Shown here: positions 35,702 through 43,281 of the stretch, one piece after another
Numbering within the stretch: the stretch's first letter is position 1
How the letters are laid out: each line of letters opens with the position of its first letter
Assembly (NCBI GenBank): GCA_049691175.1
Contig: JBAVNP010000113.1
Coordinates: 1 to 44,602 of the forward strand
Direction of reading: 5' to 3'
DNA length: 44,602 bases
DNA from: Sedimentisphaerales bacterium
GTDB taxonomy: Bacteria > Planctomycetota > Phycisphaerae > Sedimentisphaerales > UBA12454
Notes under the pieces: generated by a model
What the model saw: only the letters and a program-made list of their open reading frames with translations
What the model was told of the DNA's origin: nothing
Databases searched by the model: none
Made by a program: the position numbers and the translations under genes

Positions 35702-37904
35702 AGCCGTATCCATAGTAACCATAATGAGAATAGTAACCGTATCGGCTATGTCTCGGCGAAACATCGTTGACAATCGCTCCGAGCACGTGCGCTCCGACGC
35801 CGACCAGAGCTTCTTTCGCCTGTTGTGACGCTTTTTTCGTCGATTTCTCCGCACGAAGCACGAGAATGGTCGCGTCGCAGATAGCCGCCAGTATCTGGCT
35901 GTCCGCCACAGGCGTAATCGGCGGCGAATCAATCACTATTCTGTCATAGCGGTGCGTCAATTCCTTCAGCAGGTTTGCAAACGCTTCGCTGTTGAGCAGT
36001 TCGCTGGGGTTCGGCACATCGGGCCCGCTTGTCAGCAGGTCCAGCCCTTCTGTCGGGCAGTGTCTTATCGCCTCGTCGAGGGAAATCTGGCCCGCAAGCA
36101 CGCTCGACAGACCTTTTTCAATTTCGTTTGTGAAGCCGAATACATTATGCTGCATCGGTTTTCTGAAGTCCGCATCGACAACAAGCGTTTTCTGGCCTGC
36201 TTGAGCCATCGCTATGGCAAGGTTGCTTACCATAGTAGTTTTGCCGTCGTTTGGCGCCGGCGAAGTAACCAGAATGGTTCTTGCCTGTCCCTTCGGCACG
36301 CTGAAGAACACTGCGGTTCGTATAGTCCTGTATGCTTCGGCAACAGAGGATTTAGGTTCAAGATGAACCTTTTGTCCGTGGTCGGTAACGGTCTTTTTGC
36401 CCTTTCCGCCCATAGACGGCACGATTCCGAGCACCGGCACAGCCAGAATAGCCGATATTTCATCGGTGCTTCGCAGTCTCCAATCCATCAATTCTCGGAT
36501 TACAGCAATGCCGACTCCGAATAGAATTCCAAGTATGAGACTTACTGCTACAATTTTTGCTCTTTGAGGGCTTGTCGCCAGTTCGGCGGGTCTTGCCGCT
36601 TCGAGTATGTTCACGTTAAGCGCTCCGGTGTCTTCCGAAACGTTCAATTCCTTTATCCGTTCATCGAGTATTTCGCAGAACCTTTTGCTCCGTTCGAGCT
36701 TGGACTCAATAACCGCGTATTCCGTCGCCTTGATATTGAGGTCCTGTGCTGCTTTTTCTTCCTGTTTATATGACGCCATCAGCTCATCTTCTCTCTGTTT
36801 GGCGGTCTGATATTTAATATCCAGAACTTCAATATATGCCTTTGCCTGATTGTTTAACTGCAAGGCAAGCTGTCTTTCGATATCCGCTATTTTGCTTTTC
36901 AGCGCCTTGACCGTCGGATGGTCATCGCTGCACTGCAGAAGCGCGCTTTCAAGCTCGGTTTTTGACCCATCCAATTCGATACGAAGCCGTTTTTCGCTGT
37001 CTCCTTCGAAAAGTCCCTGGCTTATATTTAGCTGAGTCATTGCGTATTGCTTGATTTTCAGCGAGTCTTCGGAAAGTTTCTGCACGGCTTCGAACTCGGC
37101 CTTTGCGTTAATGGCGGAAAGCTGGGCCTCGGCCAAAGAAACGCTGAGGGTTCTAAGCCTCTGGAATACTGCATTTTCATTACTTCTTTCGAACGATACA
37201 ACACCGTATTTCCGCGTAAAATCGAGGAGTTCCTCAAAATTCCCCGCAAGTTCTTTGTCGCGTTCTATCTTTTCCTTTTGCAGAATTTTCAATACTTCTG
37301 AAACGGTGCTTTTCTTCTGACTTGTCTGATAATTTACATAAGATTCAACTATAGCATTGACAATCTGAGCCGCTTCCTCTCTGTAATTCGATTCACAGCT
37401 TACCGCGATTATATCGTCTTTGATTCCGATTTTTACGTCGATGATTTTCTTCAGATAAACCACGAGATTATCAATCTCGCCTACTTCGATTATCGGTTCC
37501 GCCAGCCCGATTCGGTTCTTTATTTCTTCCGCGATAGTCGTGGGTTTTTCCTTGAGTGTTTCCAGCTTCTTTATGTCGCTTCTTTGTGCAACCTGCGCAA
37601 GTATCGGCGTGGACCTAATAAGCTCTCCCTGCGTGTAAAGATAATTCTTTGACTGTGTCATAATCCCTTCGTATTCGGTAATGATTCTGGGGCCTGTCTG
37701 CTCAACATAGAGCCTCGCGGTGCTTGTGTAAGTCGGCACAGCCCTTGAAATATAGAAAATCGCCGCAGCTACAAAGACTACTGTTACAATAAGTATGCTC
37801 AGCTTTCGTCTTTGCAGTGTTACCGCAAAAGTTCTGCCTTTGCCCTGTGTCAACTGCTCGGCAGCGACTGCCTGATTTCCCGTATTTATGTTGTTCTCTG
37901 TCAT
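35676..37904 (-). CDS. wzc: polysaccharide co-polymerase / BY-kinase (Wzc/GumC-like tyrosine autokinase)
   Basis: Wzz-like N-terminal TM helix plus a long coiled-coil periplasmic domain, a second TM helix, then a cytoplasmic P-loop (TSPAPNDGKTTMVSNLA, VVDADFRKP, IVIDSPP) and a Tyr-cluster tail (RYGYYSHYGYYGYGYGYGKKNK). Confidence 0.9.
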   Translation of the reverse strand: MTENNINTGNQAVAAEQLTQGKGRTFAVTLQRRKLSILIVTVVFVAAAIFYISRAVPTYTSTARLYVEQTGPRIITEYEGIMTQSKNYLYTQGELIRSTPILAQVAQRSDIKKLETLKEKPTTIAEEIKNRIGLAEPIIEVGEIDNLVVYLKKIIDVKIGIKDDIIAVSCESNYREEAAQIVNAIVESYVNYQTSQKKSTVSEVLKILQKEKIERDKELAGNFEELLDFTRKYGVVSFERSNENAVFQRLRTLSVSLAEAQLSAINAKAEFEAVQKLSEDSLKIKQYAMTQLNISQGLFEGDSEKRLRIELDGSKTELESALLQCSDDHPTVKALKSKIADIERQLALQLNNQAKAYIEVLDIKYQTAKQREDELMASYKQEEKAAQDLNIKATEYAVIESKLERSKRFCEILDERIKELNVSEDTGALNVNILEAARPAELATSPQRAKIVAVSLILGILFGVGIAVIRELMDWRLRSTDEISAILAVPVLGIVPSMGGKGKKTVTDHGQKVHLEPKSSVAEAYRTIRTAVFFSVPKGQARTILVTSPAPNDGKTTMVSNLAIAMAQAGQKTLVVDADFRKPMQHNVFGFTNEIEKGLSSVLAGQISLDEAIRHCPTEGLDLLTSGPDVPNPSELLNSEAFANLLKELTHRYDRIVIDSPPITPVADSQILAAICDATILVLRAEKSTKKASQQAKEALVGVGAHVLGAIVNDVSPRHSRYGYYSHYGYYGYGYGYGKKNK

Positions 37905-37924
37905 TTTTGTTCTCGCTTGTTTAA

Positions 37925-39637
37925 TTATAGAGCTAAGGGGTTAACATAAACTCCAAAATTGATGCGAAGCATTTGATTCAGAATCACGTTCCTTTTTGTC
38001 CTTGGCGTAACATCGATTGAGATAACATCGCCCGGTTTTATCTTCACGTTACAGCTTTTAGCCATAAAATCTCTGTCGATTCTGAAGACTGCCGAGACAA
38101 TTTCACCCTTTGCATCCTGCCTGTAAACAGTTACGAATCTCGGGTCGGCTATAAGGTCAATGCCGCCTGCGAAGCCGACAGCCTGCATAAGGTTGTATTC
38201 AACATCCGGCGGATATGGAAAAGCGCCCGGCAATTTTGCCAGTCCTATGACGGTAAAGACCGCAGGATTAAGCCTCTTTACTTCGATAAGGTCGCCTTCC
38301 ATCAACGGCACATCAGCAAACGGAATGTTCAGTCCCTTCACAGGCAGAACAATCGCGTCGGTAGTATTGGCTGGCGGCGCTACTGCCGCCGGCTGCTCTT
38401 TGCTCTCGACAGGTTCAATGAATTTTACTTCATTAACGTTATCGACAGGCTCGGACTTAACTTCGTTTTCAACCGGAGTCTCAATGTATTTTTGATTGCT
38501 CGCCTCGGCGGAACTCGCCGGTGCCGGGCAGCCGGGACAGTCCTCTTTCTTTTCGGTATCCTGGCTCTCGGTCTTGCTGTTTTCTAAGTCATTTGCCGCT
38601 TCGAGGAGTTCTGTTTCTTCCGAATCAGGCTGTTTTTCCTGGCTCGCCGCAATCGCGGGTGAAAACTGCTCGGCAAGCTGTGTTATCGCCTGACCGACTA
38701 TGTATGCCTGTTCGGCGCCGATAACGTTCTGCAGCTCTTTTATATATTCAGCTCGCTGGGCCGCATTCTTAATGTCTATTCTTTTTGTATAAAGTATTTC
38801 AGAGCCGCGCTGAACAAGCAGGTTTCCCTGCGTTGCGCCCGGACTTTCAGGCTGAAATGCGAGGTCGGCTGCAAGTGCGGAAAAATCAGTCTCGCTCTTC
38901 GGCGTTTCAGCATCTTTTATATATTTCTCATCGACACCGGTATCAAACTCGGCCAATTGCTTTATTTCATCGGCCCCTTTTATTGTCTGAGGACTGGGGG
39001 TATATTTTCGTTTGGGATTTTTGATTGTGATAATGCTTGCTCCGCCTTCAACAATGCCGCCTGCTTTCATAAGAGCGTTTACCAGCGACATCTCGTTGCT
39101 CTGGAGCTTATAAACGCCCGGCTGAACAACCGCTCCGACTATCGTAACGTTTTTCAGATAATATTCCTTGACGTTGCATACGACACTGGGCAGGCTGACA
39201 AGATACTTGGGATAATATGCGTTAACTATTTCATTTTCTATCTGAGCCAGTGTTTTGCCTATAACATTTATTTGGCCGAGCATCGGCAGTGTGATTGTGC
39301 CTGAATCTGACACTCTGCACAGATACGGCTGGACCTGCTGTTGCTGGTATTGAATGTCTTTATAAAGTTTTGGCGATACTGCCGTCAATATCGTCGGCAT
39401 TTGCAGTTCCAGAACGTCTCCCGCCCCAACTGCATATGTGCCGTAGTTATCCTTGGCGATGAGTAATTGGTCAAGGTCAACTTTTGGAGTGATAGGGCCC
39501 GCCAGTTCAAACGCCTTGACTTGTTCATTGCCAGATAACCGCGGCTCTCCCTGACAGCCGATAAGAAAAACTGCTGCACAGACAAACGCTGCGATTAGCA
39601 GACTCATTTTGGATATACTCTTTATTGTCGTTGCCAT
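37925..39637 (-). CDS. wza: Wza-like polysaccharide export lipoprotein with a large inserted region
   Basis: Lipobox FLIGC. Poly_export-like YAVGAGDVLELQ...GTITLPMLGQINVIGKTLAQIE. Two SLBB-like units (VTIVGAVVQPGVYKL...AGGI and FTVIGLAKLPGAFPY...AGGI) are separated by an insert of about 220 aa whose second half is acidic and low-complexity. GGAGG/AAGGTGA lies before the ATG at 39637. Confidence 0.8.
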   Translation of the reverse strand: MATTIKSISKMSLLIAAFVCAAVFLIGCQGEPRLSGNEQVKAFELAGPITPKVDLDQLLIAKDNYGTYAVGAGDVLELQMPTILTAVSPKLYKDIQYQQQQVQPYLCRVSDSGTITLPMLGQINVIGKTLAQIENEIVNAYYPKYLVSLPSVVCNVKEYYLKNVTIVGAVVQPGVYKLQSNEMSLVNALMKAGGIVEGGASIITIKNPKRKYTPSPQTIKGADEIKQLAEFDTGVDEKYIKDAETPKSETDFSALAADLAFQPESPGATQGNLLVQRGSEILYTKRIDIKNAAQRAEYIKELQNVIGAEQAYIVGQAITQLAEQFSPAIAASQEKQPDSEETELLEAANDLENSKTESQDTEKKEDCPGCPAPASSAEASNQKYIETPVENEVKSEPVDNVNEVKFIEPVESKEQPAAVAPPANTTDAIVLPVKGLNIPFADVPLMEGDLIEVKRLNPAVFTVIGLAKLPGAFPYPPDVEYNLMQAVGFAGGIDLIADPRFVTVYRQDAKGEIVSAVFRIDRDFMAKSCNVKIKPGDVISIDVTPRTKRNVILNQMLRINFGVYVNPLAL

Positions 39638-40226
39638 TTTCACCTTGACCCTCCGAAAAGAAACACAATCACCCGCATAGGGATGATGATTATTTTTCAG
39701 CCCCGAAAACCTGCTTTTCAATTTCAATAACATCGCTGCAGGATAGCCAAAACTATCTTTTTTGACGAAGTTCACTTTCCTAACCCTTTATTAGAAAGAC
39801 CTTACGCCCTGTTCGCAAAGTCGAGAATTAACTGAATATCAGAGATGAATTGCCCAGCTTTCCAGTTTTGCCTATCTTAACACACGAAAGTCAAAAAGTA
39901 AAGCAAATTATGTTGCTATAAGGCTTTACAGTAAAAAAATGTGGATTTTATACTTTAAATCAGCAAATTATAGGACGGTCTTTAAATCTTTTTTCACAGG
40001 GATGAATTAATCCAAAAAGGGTCCGATGAACACGGCCATGACGGTGAAGGGGGTAGCTGTTTTTTAATACTGAAAAATGGGTAAATTTTCGTCCTTTTGT
40101 CCGATAAAGCCTAAAGTTTCTAACCTGCAAAGGCCGAAAATTCCAATATAGGACTTTTTCTCTACGCGCTAAAGCGGCGGTTTTTAGTGCTGAAAATGCG
40201 TTTTAAATTGAATAAAGGATTATCCA

Positions 40227-41492
40227 ATGAGAACGGTGGCTATAATAAATCAGAAAGGCGGCTGCGGAAAAACAACTGTTGCTATAAATCTTGCCAGCGC
40301 CTTGGCGGCTGAAAACAAAAAAACTTTACTCGTTGATATAGACCCGCAGGGACATTGTGCGGTCGGCCTTGCTGTGCCGGAAGAACAGATTGAGCAGAGC
40401 ATCTATGATGTGTTGATAAGCTCCCGCCGCGGCGAGCCTGTCAAGCTCACCGAGATTCTATGGGAAATCGGTGATAACTTCGAGCTTGCGCCGGCAAGTA
40501 TCGACCTGGCCGCGTTTGAACAGCAAACAAATGGCGTTACTGACCGCGAAAACTGCCTCAAAGATGTTCTTAAAACCGTCGAACAGGAATTCGATTATGT
40601 CGTTGTTGATTGTCCTCCCGCCGTAGGAATTTTAACATTCAACGCCATTAGAGCTTCCACCGATGTTGTTGTGCCGGTGGAAACAGGATATTTCTCGCTG
40701 CACGGCTTGAGCAGACAGCTCGATACGCTCAGCGTTCTATGCAAACAATGCTCGCAGCACATAAACGTTATGGTGCTTGCAAGTATGTATGATATCCGAA
40801 CCAAGATGGGCAGAGAAATTCTCGCCGACCTTCGAAAGCACTTCTCCGGCAGAATGTTCCAGACCGTTGTCAATTTCAATACCAAGCTCAAGGAAGCCGC
40901 CAGTCTCGGCCAGCCAATCTGCGAGTATGACCCTGCCAGCAGGGGACACAAGGATTTTCAGGGCCTTGCTCAGGAACTGATAGCGACCGATACGATGGTC
41001 GAGCCGAAACAAGTCGTAAGTGCGCTTCAAAAAACAGAATCCATAACGCAAATTGTTGAGAAAGAGCAGGATAGAAAGGAAATCGTCAAAAACTTCGATG
41101 ATAAACTCGATGCTATCAGTTCATCGGCACAGGAGTTGATGGCAAGCCTTAACGAACCGCAGCCGAAAACCAGGGCAAAGATTGTGCGCGACGTTGACGG
41201 CAGATTAAACGATTTTTACGGCACAAGGCAGTTCGGCGGCGCGGTTAAATTCGTTTCGCTTTATCCGCGAGCCAGAAGTGTTCAGATTGCGGGAGATTTC
41301 AACAACTGGCAGCCGCAGCAGACAACTATGAAACCCGCCCAGGACGGCAAATGGGAGCTTGCTCTGACGCTTGCCCCGGGCAAGTATCGTTATCGTATGG
41401 TTGTTGACGGCCAGTGGCAGCAGGACCCTTACAACGAGCAGGTGGAAATGAATCCCTTCGGTGAATTCAACTCCGTCCTCGAAGTCAAATAA
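40227..41492 (+). CDS. ParA/MinD-family P-loop ATPase fused to a C-terminal CBM48/AMPK-beta-type glycogen-binding domain
   Basis: Deviant Walker A NQKGGCGKTT, then LLVDIDPQGH and DYVVVDCPPA. After a linker of about 80 aa comes VKFVSLYPRARSVQIAGDFNNWQP...GKYRYRMVVDGQWQQDPYN...GEFNSVLEV, which matches the AMPK-beta GBD/CBM48 pattern (GsFNNW, G.h.YkF.VDG.W..DP). Confidence 0.85.
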   Translation: MRTVAIINQKGGCGKTTVAINLASALAAENKKTLLVDIDPQGHCAVGLAVPEEQIEQSIYDVLISSRRGEPVKLTEILWEIGDNFELAPASIDLAAFEQQTNGVTDRENCLKDVLKTVEQEFDYVVVDCPPAVGILTFNAIRASTDVVVPVETGYFSLHGLSRQLDTLSVLCKQCSQHINVMVLASMYDIRTKMGREILADLRKHFSGRMFQTVVNFNTKLKEAASLGQPICEYDPASRGHKDFQGLAQELIATDTMVEPKQVVSALQKTESITQIVEKEQDRKEIVKNFDDKLDAISSSAQELMASLNEPQPKTRAKIVRDVDGRLNDFYGTRQFGGAVKFVSLYPRARSVQIAGDFNNWQPQQTTMKPAQDGKWELALTLAPGKYRYRMVVDGQWQQDPYNEQVEMNPFGEFNSVLEVK

Positions 41493-41499
41493 CCCTCCG

Positions 41500-43212
41500 C
41501 TATGGCTTCCAGATTACCCTGTAAAGCGTCTTTTCGCGCAAGGCAATTGTCTCAAATCCTTCACCGACAGCCGTGGGAAGACAGATAATTCCTTCATACT
41601 TCGGCCCGGCGATGTTATCAACAACAACCATTTGTCTGTCGCCTTTCACCGCTGCATAAGCCGCGTGATTGCCATCGGAACTAAACACGACCGTGCCTTC
41701 CACAATTTCATCGTATGCCGGACCGTTTTGGTCATCAACAACTACCTGCCATTTATTGTCTTTCCGCGCTGCGTATGTTATATGCCTGCTGTCCGCGCTG
41801 AAAACAGGATGGCCCTTTCTGATAGCGTCATATTCCGCCCCAGCGTTGCCATCAACAACGACAATTTGCTTGTAGCCCCTTTTTGCCGCGTATGCTATAT
41901 GCTTGCTGTCAGGACTGAAAACAACCGTGCCATCCAGAACGGCATCGTACTGTGGCCCACCTTGACCGTCGACAATAACCTGCCATTTGCCGCCTTTCCA
42001 CACTGCGTATGCTATATGCTTGCTGTCAGGACTAAAAATGGGAGTGCCTTCTTTAATAGCGTCATATTCCGCCCCGGCATTGCCGTCAATTACAAGCTGC
42101 CACTTGTCGTCGTTTTTGGCCGTATACACCATACGATTGCCGTTTGCGATGAAAACGACAGAGCCTTGTCTGATAATATCATATTCCGGCCCGGCGATGT
42201 TATTATCAACAATAACAATCTGCTTGTAGTTGCTGTTTCTGGCCACATATGCAATGTGGTTACTGTCGGGACTAAAAACAATCGTGCCTTCCGGAATATT
42301 GTCGTAAACCGGTCCGTTCTGGTCGTCAACGATAACCTGCCATTTGTTGTCCTTCTTTACTCTGTATGCGATACGTTCGCCGTTCGGACTGAAGACAGGA
42401 AACTCTTTCCCGATTTCGCTGTACGTCGCTCCCGGCCGACCGTCGATTACTACCTGCCGGTTGATGCCTTTGCGGCCTACATATGCTATGCGTTTGCCGC
42501 CCGGACCAAAGGCAGCAGAACCGATATCGTCATACACCGGCCCGGCTTTGCCATCGACTGCCACCAGCTTTTGAGCGCCCAGCCACACTATATAAGCCAC
42601 GCGATTACTGTCGTCGCTGAATACCGGCGCACTTCTCATTGTTAAAAGGTCGTATTCCGGCCCGGCCTGACCATCGATAACAAGTCTCGCTTTATCATTC
42701 TTCTGCGCTATATACGCTACGCGCTTGCTGTTCGGGCTGAAAGCGACAGTACCGATGTTCTCGTATACCGGACTGGCGACACCGTCGATAACAACCTGTC
42801 TTGTGCTGCCGTTTTGGGCCACGTATGCCAAGTGGTTACTGTCAGGACTAAAAATCAAGAAGTCTTGTCCGATTGTCTCATACACCGCCCCGGCATTGCC
42901 ATCGACAACGACCTGGAATTTTCCATCTTTCCCTGCGATAAGGGCTATGTGCCGCTGGTCGGGGCTGCGGACGATACCAAATATCTGGTCGGGCAGCGTT
43001 CCCAGCGAAACCTCAGCAAAATTGCCGGTCTTGTTTGGTTCACTAAGCTTGGCAGGCCCTTTTGGCTCAACCGAATTCGCCTGCCCTGAGCCTACCTGTG
43101 GTGAGCTTGTCGAACCAGTCGAATGGGCCGAAATCTGCCCATAAGATGCCGCCGCTGCAAGCAAAAATGCCGTTACAACCGCCATACACAGAACACATTT
43201 ACAGCCATTCAT
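41500..43212 (-). CDS. secreted beta-propeller repeat protein (12 PD40/TolB-like repeats)
   Basis: AGGAG lies 7 nt before the ATG at 43212, followed by a signal peptide. It has 12 repeats of about 40 aa: V(V/I)DGxxGPxYDxIxxGxxVFSPDSxHIAYxAxKxxKWQV. Confidence 0.82.
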   Translation of the reverse strand: MNGCKCVLCMAVVTAFLLAAAASYGQISAHSTGSTSSPQVGSGQANSVEPKGPAKLSEPNKTGNFAEVSLGTLPDQIFGIVRSPDQRHIALIAGKDGKFQVVVDGNAGAVYETIGQDFLIFSPDSNHLAYVAQNGSTRQVVIDGVASPVYENIGTVAFSPNSKRVAYIAQKNDKARLVIDGQAGPEYDLLTMRSAPVFSDDSNRVAYIVWLGAQKLVAVDGKAGPVYDDIGSAAFGPGGKRIAYVGRKGINRQVVIDGRPGATYSEIGKEFPVFSPNGERIAYRVKKDNKWQVIVDDQNGPVYDNIPEGTIVFSPDSNHIAYVARNSNYKQIVIVDNNIAGPEYDIIRQGSVVFIANGNRMVYTAKNDDKWQLVIDGNAGAEYDAIKEGTPIFSPDSKHIAYAVWKGGKWQVIVDGQGGPQYDAVLDGTVVFSPDSKHIAYAAKRGYKQIVVVDGNAGAEYDAIRKGHPVFSADSRHITYAARKDNKWQVVVDDQNGPAYDEIVEGTVVFSSDGNHAAYAAVKGDRQMVVVDNIAGPKYEGIICLPTAVGEGFETIALREKTLYRVIWKP

Positions 43213-43281
43213 ATTATGACTCCTTTTTTTATGTATTTGCCAAATCACTGTTCCGCCCGTGCCTCGGAATTGTGCTTACGC

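Noticed and set aside
35702-35932. 77-codon N-terminal extension of the Wzy-like ORF
   Set aside because: It lies entirely inside the wzc kinase domain and tail coding region in another frame, and encodes an Arg-rich nonsense-like peptide (RRRLRLWRTARYWRL...). The start is moved to the ATG cluster at 35722-35701.
39776-40226. Possible oriC in the 450-bp AT-rich gap next to the ParA-like gene
   Set aside because: I found only three degenerate DnaA-box-like 9-mers (TGTGGATTT, TTAATCCAA, TTATCCAAT; 7/9 or worse), no clustered perfect TTATCCACA boxes, no adjacent dnaA or dnaN, and no obvious AT-rich 13-mer unwinding repeats. The region is more simply explained as divergent promoter DNA.
41461-42645. 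394-aa plus-strand ORF
   Set aside because: It is antisense to the beta-propeller gene. The protein is rich in R, C, F and V with no recognisable motif. It stays open only because of the periodic repeat structure of the real minus-strand gene, which has an RBS, a signal peptide and 12 clean PD40-like repeats.
41500-43212. Possible CRISPR-like or satellite repeat array, suggested by the DNA periodicity of about 120 nt
   Set aside because: The periodicity matches the 40-aa protein repeat of an intact ORF. The units are diverged, there is no alternation of conserved repeats with unique spacers, and there are no cas genes.
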